This document shows positions 1-10,502 of a stretch of DNA of 64,000 bases, one piece after another. How positions within the stretch are numbered: the stretch's first letter is position 1; each line of letters starts with the position of its first letter. The position numbers and the translations under genes are program-made. The notes beneath the pieces are model-generated. The model searched no databases, was not told where the DNA came from, and saw nothing but the letters and a program-made list of their open reading frames with translations. This stretch comes from Candidatus Culexmicrobium cathedralense (GTDB taxonomy: Archaea > Thermoproteota > Methanomethylicia > Culexarchaeales > Culexmicrobiaceae), in NCBI GenBank assembly GCA_025061115.1, contig JANZKC010000001.1, positions 320,001-384,000 of the forward strand, read 5' to 3'.

Positions 1-1
1 A

Positions 2-1081
2 GAAGCTGGAAAGTACGTCCATCTCGGAGCAACAAGCTACGATATCGTAGATACGGCTTGGGCCGTAATACTTCGAGACGCGCTTAAGATAGTTAAGAAC
101 AAGCTAGCCCAAGTAATCAAAATCCTAATGAAATATTCAAAGGAATTCGAGGAAACCATGATGCCGGGAAGAACCCACGGCCAACACGCACTTCCAATAA
201 CACTTGGATTCAAATTTGCAAACTATGTTTACGAGCTAGCCAGAAGCTACGAAAGAATAGTTGAACTCGAAAGGAGATTGATCAAAGGCAAGATGGCCGG
301 AGCAGTTGGAACAATGGCAGCATGGGGCGAAAATGGATTCACCATTGAAAGAGAAACGCTAAGAAAATTGAACTTAGAGCCACATGCAATTTCAACCCAA
401 GTAGCTCCAAGAGACAGCTTTGCAGAGCTGGTTTCAGCCATCGCAATTCTTGCAAGTCAGCTTGATAGGCTTGCCATTGAAGTGAGAGAGCTAATGAGGC
501 CGGAAATAGATGAATTAGCTGAAGGAATAGGTGAGAGAGTTGGAAGCAGCACAATGCCCCAAAAGAAAAATCCGGTTACAGCAGAAAAAATTTCAGGGTT
601 AGCAAAAATCATTAGAAGCTTAACCATAGCAGCACTGGAAAACATCCCGCTATGGCATGAAAGAGATCTAACTAACAGCAGCAGTGAACGAATAATAATT
701 CCACACACCATGATAACCATAGATGAAATGCTAAACTCAACCATAAGCCTCCTAAGAAACCTAATAATTAAGCCAGAAAAAATGATGAGAAACCTGCAAT
801 TAACAGGCGGAGCAATAATGTCGGAAGCAATAATGATGGCGCTTGCAAGGAAGGGATTAGCTAGACACGAAGCCCACAGCATACTGAGAAGAATAATGAA
901 GAAAGCGGAAAGAAATAAGAAAAGCTTCAAAGAAGAGCTTCTCAAAGACGAGGACATAAAGAAGTACTTGACTGAAAGGGAGGTTGAAGAGCTCCTAAAA
1001 CCAGAAAAATACTTGGGGCAGACAGAAAAACTTATTGATAGAGCATTAAGGTACGCTGAAGAAGTTCTAGGTCATAAATAG
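2..1081 (+). CDS. purB: Adenylosuccinate lyase (5'-partial, runs off the window)
   Basis: Frame is open from base 2 (EAGKYVHLGATSYDIVDTAW). Contains GRTHGQHA and the fumarase-superfamily signature GSSTMPQKKNP. Confidence 0.95.
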   Translation, partial: EAGKYVHLGATSYDIVDTAWAVILRDALKIVKNKLAQVIKILMKYSKEFEETMMPGRTHGQHALPITLGFKFANYVYELARSYERIVELERRLIKGKMAGAVGTMAAWGENGFTIERETLRKLNLEPHAISTQVAPRDSFAELVSAIAILASQLDRLAIEVRELMRPEIDELAEGIGERVGSSTMPQKKNPVTAEKISGLAKIIRSLTIAALENIPLWHERDLTNSSSERIIIPHTMITIDEMLNSTISLLRNLIIKPEKMMRNLQLTGGAIMSEAIMMALARKGLARHEAHSILRRIMKKAERNKKSFKEELLKDEDIKKYLTEREVEELLKPEKYLGQTEKLIDRALRYAEEVLGHK

Positions 1082-1139
1082 CTTGTAAAATACGTAAGAA
1101 GGCATAGAACGATGACAATATAGTATTTCTATAGAAATG

Positions 1140-2333
1140 CTAAACCTTTAACCTCCTACGATAAGCAAAATCCCCATAATCGCTTCTTATAATAAGTTCA
1201 TTATATTGTGCAACGCCCTTCTCAACCCTTCCAATAATGTAGGCATCCACCCCAAACCTATCACAAATGCTAATAACATCTTCAGCACACTCCCTATCAA
1301 CTATGAACTCGAAGCCCACACCCATGTTAAAAACTTCATACATTTCCCTCCAACCCACCTTCCCCTCACGCTGAATTAATAGGAAAATTGGATCTGGAGG
1401 GGGAAGGCTGTCCTTGACGTAGCGGACGTTTAAGCCGACCCTCAATATCTTCGTCAATCCTCCACCAGTATTGTGAACCAAGCCCTTAACTGCGCTTCCA
1501 CACTTCTCAAGCACTTCAGCAATTATTGGAGCATAAATGCGAGTTGGAGAGAGGAGAGCCTCCCCAACAGTCATTCTCAACTCATCCAAGTAGTCGTCAA
1601 CGCGGAATCGCCCATAATACTTTCTATCAGATGAGGACTCACAAACTTCAGGATACCTTAATGCATACTCTCCAGTTAATAGGGAGTGCCTAGCCAAAGT
1701 CAGCCCATTACACATTATACCACTATTCTCAAACTTCTCGAACTTCGCTCTCCCACCACTTCTAAGTCCAACAATGACATCGCCTGCAGCAACCCCATCA
1801 CCACTAATAGCCTTTGAAAGATCGACAGTGGCAAAAACAACTCCAACTACATCGAGAGTCCTAACTTGATCAGGAAGGTCGGCCGTCTCTCCACCAGCAA
1901 ATAATAATCTGAATTTCCTACTTAAATTGCAGCTTGAAGTTGAAAGGAAATTTAGCACTTCCTTAAAGCCAACGCTTAATTCCTTTAGAACTTCAAGTCG
2001 AGGTAGATTTAATGGATTAATTGCAATGTAATCGGCAAATAAAATTGGCTCAGCACCTACAGTGACTACGTCATCAACGTTCATTGCAACAACATCTTGA
2101 GCTAAACCCCTAAACCACCTAACATCGCCAGTTTCCCTGAAATATAGGTATGAAATCACAGGCTTACTGCCAGCTCCATCGACATGGAGAATCAAGCCTT
2201 CACCAAACCTATCATCCTTAATAATGCTCGCAAAAGCATGAGGATAAACTTCCTCAACTAACCTCTTGAAGAACTCCACTCCAGACTTACGCACATCAAC
2301 GCCAAGCTCCAGATACTTGGACCCGTCAGCCAT
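1140..2333 (-). CDS. purM: Phosphoribosylaminoimidazole (AIR) synthetase
   Basis: Motifs YLELGVD, HVDGAGSK, VAMNVDD, GGETA, HNTGGG, FNMGVG; purine cluster context. Confidence 0.93.
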   Translation of the reverse strand: MADGSKYLELGVDVRKSGVEFFKRLVEEVYPHAFASIIKDDRFGEGLILHVDGAGSKPVISYLYFRETGDVRWFRGLAQDVVAMNVDDVVTVGAEPILFADYIAINPLNLPRLEVLKELSVGFKEVLNFLSTSSCNLSRKFRLLFAGGETADLPDQVRTLDVVGVVFATVDLSKAISGDGVAAGDVIVGLRSGGRAKFEKFENSGIMCNGLTLARHSLLTGEYALRYPEVCESSSDRKYYGRFRVDDYLDELRMTVGEALLSPTRIYAPIIAEVLEKCGSAVKGLVHNTGGGLTKILRVGLNVRYVKDSLPPPDPIFLLIQREGKVGWREMYEVFNMGVGFEFIVDRECAEDVISICDRFGVDAYIIGRVEKGVAQYNELIIRSDYGDFAYRRRLKV

Positions 2334-2402
2334 TTACCATCAAGTTAAGTATCAACCTTAAATCTATTTAACCTTATACTAACCTACGTCAAGGTGATTT
2401 CC

Positions 2403-2861
2403 ATGCCGAAGGTGTCATTAATAATAGGAAGTGAAAGCGATAGGATGTTGGGAGATAAAATTCACAATCTACTCAAGAAATTCGAAGTTGAAGTTGAATA
2501 TAGAATTTTATCAGCCCACAGGAATCCAAGGGAATTGGAGAACTACATTAATGAAACAGAAGCCGAGGTTTTCATAGCAGTTGCAGGACTATCAGCTGCA
2601 CTTCCAGGCTTCATTGCATCCAGAACATTAAAGCCAGTCATAGGAGTACCCAGAAGCGTTAAACTAGGAGGGCTCGACGCACTGCTCTCAATAGCTCAAA
2701 TGCCCCCAGGAGTACCAGTGGCGTGCATGGGCATAGATAATGGCGAAAACGCAGCTCTACTAGCAATATCAATTCTAGCCCTGAAATATCCAGACCTCAA
2801 GGAAAAGCTCGAAAAATATAGAGAGGAGAGAGCTGGGAAAAGCGCCAAAATAATAAGTTGA
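2403..2861 (+). CDS. purE: N5-CAIR mutase / AIR carboxylase
   Basis: Motifs [36 protein letters not shown]; AGGTGA SD before ATG 2403. Confidence 0.95.
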   Translation: MPKVSLIIGSESDRMLGDKIHNLLKKFEVEVEYRILSAHRNPRELENYINETEAEVFIAVAGLSAALPGFIASRTLKPVIGVPRSVKLGGLDALLSIAQMPPGVPVACMGIDNGENAALLAISILALKYPDLKEKLEKYREERAGKSAKIIS

Positions 2862-2868
2862 GGGAAAA

Positions 2869-3675
2869 TTAAGCAATTTCATCCACAATGTAGCCGACCA
2901 TGGATCTAAAGATTAGCCATCCATCAGCATATGTTGAATCAACCACTCCACTTGAAGTGTAATCTGGAAGCTGCCATGAGTAAACAGCCCTCTCAGGATG
3001 AGGCATTAAACCCAAAACATTACCCTTAGGATTGCATATGCCAGCTAAGTCGTAAATGGAGCCATTTGGATTTAAGGGATACTCACCATTAGCAGGCTCA
3101 CCATTTGGCTTAGCATACCTAAAAACAATTTGATCCTGAGCAATTAGCCTATGCAAATAATCTTCACTGCCAAGTATGAATCGACCCTCACTATGAGCAA
3201 CAGGCATTCTAAGCACAGCTCCAAAAGGCAATTCCCTAGTGAAAATGCACTTCCCCCTATTTTCATGCCTCAAGTAAATCCACCTAGCCTCAAATTTAGC
3301 TGAAGTATTTGGAGCAAGAGCAGCTTGAGGCTCCTCCCCAAAACTCCATCCTGGAAGTAAGCCGAGCTCCACCAACACTTGAAAGCCATTGCAAATACCC
3401 AATATTGGCCTTCCACTTTCAGCAAAATTCAAAAACGAGCGCCATAAATGCGCTTTCAATTTCTTAGCCCAAATAGCTCCAGCCCTAACTCTATCTCCAT
3501 AGGAAAAGCCGCCTGGAATAACAAGACCATGATAGTCGAATAGGTTCAACCTGCCATCAACAAGCCTATTAGCGTGAACTACATCAGCTACGGCTCCAGA
3601 CTCCCTCAAGGCTCTAGCAGTTTCTTCATCGCAATTGGTTCCAGGAGCCCTAAGCACTAAAACCTTAACCCTCAT
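2869..3675 (-). CDS. purQ: FGAM synthase glutaminase subunit
   Basis: Motifs PGTNCD, PGGFSYGD, GICNGFQ, GLMPHPER. Start set at the ATGA overlap with the purL stop. Confidence 0.95.
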   Translation of the reverse strand: MRVKVLVLRAPGTNCDEETARALRESGAVADVVHANRLVDGRLNLFDYHGLVIPGGFSYGDRVRAGAIWAKKLKAHLWRSFLNFAESGRPILGICNGFQVLVELGLLPGWSFGEEPQAALAPNTSAKFEARWIYLRHENRGKCIFTRELPFGAVLRMPVAHSEGRFILGSEDYLHRLIAQDQIVFRYAKPNGEPANGEYPLNPNGSIYDLAGICNPKGNVLGLMPHPERAVYSWQLPDYTSSGVVDSTYADGWLIFRSMVGYIVDEIA

Positions 3676-6050
3676 TTCAAACCACTCTTCCAAGCATTTC
3701 GAAGCTCCCGTAAACTTAAATTAACAATGCAGCATTCACCATTTATACCGTAAATCTCAAGCCTACTCCTACTAGTAACTTCTCCAATTAAGGAGTAGGC
3801 GCAGCTCACCGACGATGCAAGCCTCTCAAACTCGCTTCTAAACTCCCTCTTTACCTCAACTAGGAAGCGGCCATTACTCTCAGAAAACAGCAAATGGTCA
3901 TTTCTATCAACATTTATTCTCCTAACCCTATTAAGCCAAATTTCAGCTCCAAAATCGCTTGAAAAAGCCATTTCAGCAATAGCTACTCCCAAGCCTCCAT
4001 CAGAAAGGTCATGGCAGGAAGCAATGAAGCCCAGGTCAATCGCCTCAGTAATGCACTTCATAGCCCTCTTCGACTCATCAGCATAAACCTTGGGAACCGA
4101 ACTACCAACATAACCTTTAAGCCTATAGTACTCTGAGCCGCCAAGTTCTCTGCGGGTTAAGCCAATCAAGTAAATTGGATTTCCAGGCCGCTTAAAATCA
4201 ACTGAAACAGCCTTCCTAATATCAGGGATAACGCCAACAGCAGTTATAAGCAAAGTGTACAGTACGGGTCCAAGGGGAGACTCGTTGTAAAGGCTATCCT
4301 TACCAGATATGAATGGAACGTTAAAAATCTTAGCAAAATCATAGCACGCCTTAACTGCCTTAAAAAGCGCTCCAAGCCTATCAGGCTTTTCTGGATTCCC
4401 CCACGTAAAGTTATCTAGGATTGATATGCGCCTCCCACCAACAGCCACATTATTTCTCAAGGCCTCCTCAATACTTGAAGCAGCCATCCAATATGGATCA
4501 ATCCTACTGTACCATGGCTTCAAACCCACAGATATGACCACGCCCTTCCAAGAATCATCTAAGGGCTTTAATACAACGGCGTCATTTGGGCCGCCGTGAA
4601 TGCCTTGAAGAGGCTTCAAAGCAGTGTTACCCTGCACTTCATGATCATAGGTCCTAATAACCCCCTCCTTGCTAGCAATATTAGGCGAGGAAAGAAGCTT
4701 CAACAGCTCTTCAGCTAAGTCATCAGGCTCAGGAAAATCAGGTTCAATAGGAACTTCAGCTCTTAAACTAGCTCTCCTAACAATCCTTGGCGGGGAAAGG
4801 AGAAAGTCTACATTTAAATCAGCAATCAAGAAACCCTTAAAGTAAATCTTAATCGAATCAGATGAAGTAAATTCACCTATAACTGAGGCTTCAAGCTCCT
4901 CCTCGCCGACTATCTCCAAGACGCGTTCAACATTCCCCTTTGGAACAGCAAGCAGCATTCGCTCCTGAGATTCAGAAATCCAAATCTCCCAAGGAGCCAT
5001 TCCAAGTTCTCTCAAATGCAACTTATCGAGAAAAACCTCTGCACCTCCACCCATTCTATGAGCCATTTCAGCAATGGCAACTGCAAGCCCCCCACCGCCC
5101 AAGTCAGTTATGCCTGAACCCAACCCCTCATCCCTAATTCTAAGTACAGCTCTCCTCAACTTCTCCTCTTCAATTGGATCTGGAATTTGAACAGCAGATC
5201 GGTAGGAAAGCTCTGAATCCTCCCTCAAATCAGCTGACGCAAAAGTTGCTCCATGAATTCCATCCCTCCCAGTCTTATTTCCAACAACAATTATCGAATC
5301 ACCCGGACTAACTTTCCAAAAATACTTGGACTTCGGCAAAACTCCAACGCAGCCAGCATAGACAATGACATTGCCAACATAACCTTCATCAAAGCATATG
5401 GCTCCAGCAACGGTAGGTATACCCATGTTATTTCCATAATGACCTATTCCAGCAACAACTCCCCTAAAGAGGTATCTTGGATGCTTAATGCCTGGCGGCA
5501 ATTTCTCATAAGGGTAGTTTAATGGCCCAAAGCAGAGCACATCGATCAGCGCTATAGGCTTAGCCCAAACTCCAAGTACATCGCGAATTACACCTCCAAC
5601 TCCAGTAGCTGCTCCACCAAATGGATCTATAGCTGAAGGATGATTGTGGGTTTCAACCTTAACTGCAATAGCGTAGTCCTCAGTAAAGTCTATTATCCCA
5701 GCATTATCCTTCAAGAATGAGATAACCCACGGAGCATTAACCTCCACGGTCGCCCTCTCAATAAAGCTTTTCAGCATGTTCTCAACCAAAACATTTCCAC
5801 GCTCATCAACGATAGTTGCTTTAAACGTCTTATGCCTACAGTGCTCAGACCAAAGCTGACCAATTGTTTGCAGCTCAATATCAGTTGGATTTCTCCCCAA
5901 TCGCTTAAAATAGCTCTTAACTGCGATCATTTCGCTTAAACTCAAATTTAGCCCCATGACTGAGCTTATTTCCAGAAGCTCATCCTCTGAAGCCTCCAAA
6001 ACTTCAACTTCATATATTTCAAATGGCATTGGCAGCTTCCTGAACTTCAT
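3672..6050 (-). CDS. purL: FGAM synthase large subunit
   Basis: Motifs WSEHCRH, KVETHNHPS, GAATGVGGVIRD, SESQERM, HDLSDGG. Confidence 0.96.
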   Translation of the reverse strand: MKFRKLPMPFEIYEVEVLEASEDELLEISSVMGLNLSLSEMIAVKSYFKRLGRNPTDIELQTIGQLWSEHCRHKTFKATIVDERGNVLVENMLKSFIERATVEVNAPWVISFLKDNAGIIDFTEDYAIAVKVETHNHPSAIDPFGGAATGVGGVIRDVLGVWAKPIALIDVLCFGPLNYPYEKLPPGIKHPRYLFRGVVAGIGHYGNNMGIPTVAGAICFDEGYVGNVIVYAGCVGVLPKSKYFWKVSPGDSIIVVGNKTGRDGIHGATFASADLREDSELSYRSAVQIPDPIEEEKLRRAVLRIRDEGLGSGITDLGGGGLAVAIAEMAHRMGGGAEVFLDKLHLRELGMAPWEIWISESQERMLLAVPKGNVERVLEIVGEEELEASVIGEFTSSDSIKIYFKGFLIADLNVDFLLSPPRIVRRASLRAEVPIEPDFPEPDDLAEELLKLLSSPNIASKEGVIRTYDHEVQGNTALKPLQGIHGGPNDAVVLKPLDDSWKGVVISVGLKPWYSRIDPYWMAASSIEEALRNNVAVGGRRISILDNFTWGNPEKPDRLGALFKAVKACYDFAKIFNVPFISGKDSLYNESPLGPVLYTLLITAVGVIPDIRKAVSVDFKRPGNPIYLIGLTRRELGGSEYYRLKGYVGSSVPKVYADESKRAMKCITEAIDLGFIASCHDLSDGGLGVAIAEMAFSSDFGAEIWLNRVRRINVDRNDHLLFSESNGRFLVEVKREFRSEFERLASSVSCAYSLIGEVTSRSRLEIYGINGECCIVNLSLRELRNAWKSGLK

Positions 6051-6298
6051 GCCCTCTCAACCCTAAACACATAATTGTCCTTAACTGGATTGGCTAGAAG
6101 CCTCCTGCACATTTCCTCTACCATTCGCTTAGCATCACCTTCATCCTCAGCTTCAAGCAATATTCGATAGACCTTCCCCACTCGAGTTGAAGTCACTTGG
6201 TATCCCAAGTCCCTTAAAGCCTCCATTACAGCCTGCCCCTCAGCATCCACAAGACCCTCTTTAAGCCAAACCTCAACCCAAGCCACAAACCTAACCAT
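6047..6298 (-). CDS. purS: FGAM synthase PurS subunit
   Basis: Motifs LKEGLVDAEG, RVGK, LLANPV; GGTGG SD before ATG 6298. Confidence 0.92.
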   Translation of the reverse strand: MVRFVAWVEVWLKEGLVDAEGQAVMEALRDLGYQVTSTRVGKVYRILLEAEDEGDAKRMVEEMCRRLLANPVKDNYVFRVERA

Positions 6299-6306
6299 AA
6301 AACCAC

Positions 6307-7680
6307 CTAAAACGCGTATGCTATGCACTTTTCAGCAAAATGAGCTATTTGCTCGGCAATTTTCCTGGCCGTGGCGAGATCTTCATGGCAAGCCATAGCT
6401 AAACCCATCCTCCTAGCAGGATAGGCTGTGGGCTTCCCGAAATACCATACGTCACCGGGAAGCCCTCTCCTTCTAATGTAAGAGTAAATGGAGAATGCAT
6501 CCCACTTCACAACTGCAGCGGACTTGAAGTCGCGCTCCGGAGCTAGAATCACGTGAGCAACATAGTACTTGTCATCGGATATGAGCTCCACATCAGATTC
6601 AATCACTGGAAGACCCATTGAAGCTAATAGGTGCAGCTCGCCCTCATCTCTCCTTAAAGCCCACCTAGTCACCATGCCAGTATCATGAGGTCTATTAGCA
6701 AACTCGCTATTGAAAACCTCTCCATCCAAAACGAACTGCTCAATAGCATAGATGCCAACTCCACCCAAGTAGTCGGCTATCCTCCTAGCGTAATCCTGAC
6801 ATTTACGCTTAACATCCTCCGAAATGGTATATGGAAGCCAGCTCTCATGATAGGTTGCCTCAGGCCTATAATGCTCAATGGGCGGAAGAAGCGTGGTGAC
6901 AATGTTTCCACCTTCATCGAAGTGCCTTAAAACAAGTTGAGTAACTTCAACCCCCCTAACCTTGAGGTCAGATAGGTAGCGCTCAACAATAACTTCATCT
7001 CCCTTCCCCCTTGCATGCTTAACCGCATAATCATATGCCCTCTCAACATCAGCCCACGTTCTAGCTATAGTAGTTCCATGACCGCTGGACGTCATTATTG
7101 GCTTGATTATTAGCGGTAGACCCATATCCCTAGCAACCCTCTTCAACTCATCTTCGCTATCGGCATAAGCCCACTCAACCCTTGGAACAGCAACTTTATC
7201 GAATAATAGTTTGGTGCTAAGTCTATCCATCCCTATGAGTGGAGCATATGGAGTTGAAATAACATTATAGCCCTCCTCAACGCCCAGCTTAAATATCCTC
7301 AAGGTGTCGGCGCGCTCAATCTCAAGAAATATGGCGTGTGGATTGTCCTCAGGGTTCTCAACATATTTTTTAATGCACTTTTCAAGCAAATCTCCATTAA
7401 GCATGTCCACAACTTCACATTCATCCGCTACATCCTGAGCCGGAAAGCCCTCATACCTATCTATGGCCACAGTCTTCACTCCACCATTAACTCCACCAAA
7501 AACCCTCTTAGCCGCAGTTAATACTAGATCTCCAAGCTCGCCGCCTCCTATAGATATGTACGTGAATGGCTTCCTTGGATTTAATTCAACAAGCGGCTTC
7601 AACCGCTCCTCATACTCTCTCTTAAAGGAGTGAGCTTCATCGATTAATTTAAGCCTGGATTCAATAGCCTTCAACTTCAA
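6307..7680 (-). CDS. purT: Formate-dependent GAR transformylase (ATP-grasp)
   Basis: Motifs GGGELG, DRY..FPA, IKPIMTSSGHG, RPHDTGMVT, FGKP...RRMG. Confidence 0.9.
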   Translation of the reverse strand: MKLKAIESRLKLIDEAHSFKREYEERLKPLVELNPRKPFTYISIGGGELGDLVLTAAKRVFGGVNGGVKTVAIDRYEGFPAQDVADECEVVDMLNGDLLEKCIKKYVENPEDNPHAIFLEIERADTLRIFKLGVEEGYNVISTPYAPLIGMDRLSTKLLFDKVAVPRVEWAYADSEDELKRVARDMGLPLIIKPIMTSSGHGTTIARTWADVERAYDYAVKHARGKGDEVIVERYLSDLKVRGVEVTQLVLRHFDEGGNIVTTLLPPIEHYRPEATYHESWLPYTISEDVKRKCQDYARRIADYLGGVGIYAIEQFVLDGEVFNSEFANRPHDTGMVTRWALRRDEGELHLLASMGLPVIESDVELISDDKYYVAHVILAPERDFKSAAVVKWDAFSIYSYIRRRGLPGDVWYFGKPTAYPARRMGLAMACHEDLATARKIAEQIAHFAEKCIAYAF

Positions 7681-9206
7681 CCACCAGCCTTAATCTCCCT
7701 AATAAGCAGTTCAACCGGATTTATCCTGCCAATTTTGGGAAGCCAATCTATTCGCTTACCCAAAATGCCCCGCTCCTCACGATACTTGTAGAGCCTCCTA
7801 ACCCTCTCAGCAACGGCCATTCTCCTTTGAATCATCTCAGCAGACCCTATATCCGACCTGTAAAAAATGCCCCAGCCATCGAGCAGCTTAACTGGATTTA
7901 AACTTAAACACTCATCTATTCTTCTGGAAGCTTTAGGCGGATCTTCAGCCAAAGCTAAGATTTCAAGCATCCTCGAGCCGCCAGTTATCATCCTGCCATC
8001 ATCCTGAAGGTGAACTGAGCCCCAATAAAGCTTGCAGCCAGCCTCCTTTATCAGCCGCTCATCAACGCTCACTTCATGCCCCTTAGCTAGGCTTCTAAAG
8101 TCAGGATAGCCCTTAGGGGCAATGGCCTTGACAACAGTCGCCTCATCGGAAAACTCTATCTTCAATTTACTCAGCCTCCCATCAATGATTGCTTCAAAAA
8201 TGTCAATTATGTCGGTTTTCAGCAGAGCAAGCACATTAACTGCTTCAGGATCTCCAAGCCGGGAATACATTTCAATCAGCGTTGGGCCCTCAACCTCAGT
8301 AAGCATCATCTGGCCGGCAATAAAGCCCCTATACTTCTCCCCAGTAACATCCTGCACTGCACGAACCATAGCCTTAACAATCTCAAGGCTTCGCTCATAC
8401 TCCTCCAACGTTATGAATGGAAGAAGCCTTCCACGGCCAGTGTATGAGCCCATCCCGCCGGTTTCAGGCCCAATATCGAAGTCATATGCATGCTTATTAT
8501 CCTGCACCAAAGGCATTCCAACAACAGTATAGCCATCAACAAAGCATTGAAGCGTGTACTCCGGTCCCCAAACCTTCTCCTCAACAAGTATTCTCTCATC
8601 AACATCCCCATACTTCCTCATGTACTCCTCAAGCCACTTAATGTGCCTCTCCTTAAACTCCATCTTCTCCTTATGAAGATAAGCCTGCAAGTCCTCAACA
8701 ACCTTAACACCCTTCCCACCAGCCTGCCTAGCAGGCTTTAAAGCCACATTTTGAAGCCAAGTTAAAGTTTCGGAGAAGCGCTGCAAATCCTCCAAAGCTT
8801 CAGCATATGACTTGTAAGTCCTGAAGAGAAGCTTTCCGGGAACATCATATTTCCACTGAAGCCGCCTCATCTCAGCCTTTGACATCTCAATTATTGAAAC
8901 GCTTCTCTTAGCACCTATGCAGGGAATACCTCTTCTCTCAACTTCATCAGGCACGCCATGAAAGTTAGGCTCCTCAGGTCCAACTACAACCACATCAACA
9001 CTCCAATTATCCGCCAACTCAGCAACTTTTTCAGCATCAATGGTTCTAGCCAACGCATACTCTCCACCACTCCTCTTCACAAGCCTATAAATGCCCGGAT
9101 TCCTAAGCTCACTAACCCAGTAGATCCTAACTTCATGGGAGCTTCTAGCTATGGCTTCAGCCAGCGCATGCTCTCTCGCACCTCCACCAACACCCATGAC
9201 CTTCAT
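7677..9206 (-). CDS. purD: Phosphoribosylamine-glycine ligase
   Basis: Motifs GGGAREHAL, VVGPE, AGGKGV, GPETGGMGS, RLGDPE. Confidence 0.95.
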   Translation of the reverse strand: MKVMGVGGGAREHALAEAIARSSHEVRIYWVSELRNPGIYRLVKRSGGEYALARTIDAEKVAELADNWSVDVVVVGPEEPNFHGVPDEVERRGIPCIGAKRSVSIIEMSKAEMRRLQWKYDVPGKLLFRTYKSYAEALEDLQRFSETLTWLQNVALKPARQAGGKGVKVVEDLQAYLHKEKMEFKERHIKWLEEYMRKYGDVDERILVEEKVWGPEYTLQCFVDGYTVVGMPLVQDNKHAYDFDIGPETGGMGSYTGRGRLLPFITLEEYERSLEIVKAMVRAVQDVTGEKYRGFIAGQMMLTEVEGPTLIEMYSRLGDPEAVNVLALLKTDIIDIFEAIIDGRLSKLKIEFSDEATVVKAIAPKGYPDFRSLAKGHEVSVDERLIKEAGCKLYWGSVHLQDDGRMITGGSRMLEILALAEDPPKASRRIDECLSLNPVKLLDGWGIFYRSDIGSAEMIQRRMAVAERVRRLYKYREERGILGKRIDWLPKIGRINPVELLIREIKAGG

Positions 9207-10498
9207 TAAGGCTCACCTCCCCTCCAACACTTAAGGCAGAGAGAATTGCGAGGTAAACCAATAGAGCTAGCCAATTCATCTAAAGCGAGAAAGTGAAAGC
9301 TATCAGCCCCCACAACCTCGGCAATTTCACTCTCAGAAAGAGAACGGCCAATCAATTCATCTGGAGGAGGAATCTCAACTCCATATGGGCATGAACACCT
9401 AAATGCTGGGCTGCCAATGCGAACATGAACTCTCCTAGCACCCCTACGCTTCAAATTCCAAACGGTATTCCTCAAGGTCGTCCCCCTAACAACACTATCA
9501 TCAATGAGAACTACATCCCTGCCATCAACCGCACACCTAATAGGATTCAACTTCAATTGAACTCCAACTAACCTCTCAAACACCGAGGGCTTAATTGCAG
9601 TTCTAACCTTACGCCCAGTAGTTACGAAACCCAAGTCAAGTGGAATGCCAGTGACCCTCGAAAAGCCTATAGCGAAGGGAATTGCAGTTTCAGGAACCCC
9701 AATAACAGTGTCAGCCTTAACTGGAAAGCTTCTACCCAGCGCTTCACCAATCCTCTCCCTAACCGCGTAAATGGATATTCCATTAATTACCGAGTCAGGT
9801 CTAGCCAAGTATACGTACTCGAAGCTGCAGTACGCTGGAGGAGAATTAACCTTAACTTGAGCTCTCTCAATACTATAAGGATCAAACTTTATGATTTCAC
9901 CAGGCTTAACGTGAAAGACATGCTCCATGCCAAGAACATCTAAAGCAGAAGTCTCAGATGCAACAGCGCCCAAGTCGAAACCTAAAGAGCCTATTTCAAG
10001 AGGCTTAACTCCCATCCTATCCCTCCCAGCAATCATAACTTGATCCTCAGTTAAAGCAATGAATGAGAAGCCTCCATCAACCTCCCCGACAATCTTAACG
10101 GCAGCTCTCAAAGGATCTCCAACCCTACTAATCTCGTCTGAGAGAATCTCGGCGAAAGCCCTCCAGCAAGCATGTCTATCACCGCCAAGAAGCGGCATTC
10201 CATCGCCAATCACCACAAGCCGCGTCGGCGAGGAAGTAACTATGGGCTCATCACCCTTCAATGGAGATGTGAAGCCCAAGCCGACGAAACCCTTAAGCAT
10301 GCTCAACAAACGCTCATCAAACGACTCGTCCACCAATCCACCCCTAGCAGCCATGTGAAACTCACCATCAAAGGTCACTATGGATGAAGCCTCCTGACCC
10401 CTATGCTGCAGCGCTAGCAATCCATAGTAAATGAAGCGAGATATGCTCCACCTATCCCTACCCAACCCGAAGGGATATACTCCAATAATTCCAGGCAA
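9206..10498 (-). CDS. PurF paralog lacking the N-terminal nucleophile Cys
   Basis: Has LQHRGQE, FEYVYLARPDS, IDDSVVRGTT and Fe-S cysteines, but starts MPGIIG rather than (pro)CG. Confidence 0.85.
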   Translation of the reverse strand: MPGIIGVYPFGLGRDRWSISRFIYYGLLALQHRGQEASSIVTFDGEFHMAARGGLVDESFDERLLSMLKGFVGLGFTSPLKGDEPIVTSSPTRLVVIGDGMPLLGGDRHACWRAFAEILSDEISRVGDPLRAAVKIVGEVDGGFSFIALTEDQVMIAGRDRMGVKPLEIGSLGFDLGAVASETSALDVLGMEHVFHVKPGEIIKFDPYSIERAQVKVNSPPAYCSFEYVYLARPDSVINGISIYAVRERIGEALGRSFPVKADTVIGVPETAIPFAIGFSRVTGIPLDLGFVTTGRKVRTAIKPSVFERLVGVQLKLNPIRCAVDGRDVVLIDDSVVRGTTLRNTVWNLKRRGARRVHVRIGSPAFRCSCPYGVEIPPPDELIGRSLSESEIAEVVGADSFHFLALDELASSIGLPRNSLCLKCWRGGEP

Positions 10499-10502
10499 AC
10501 CA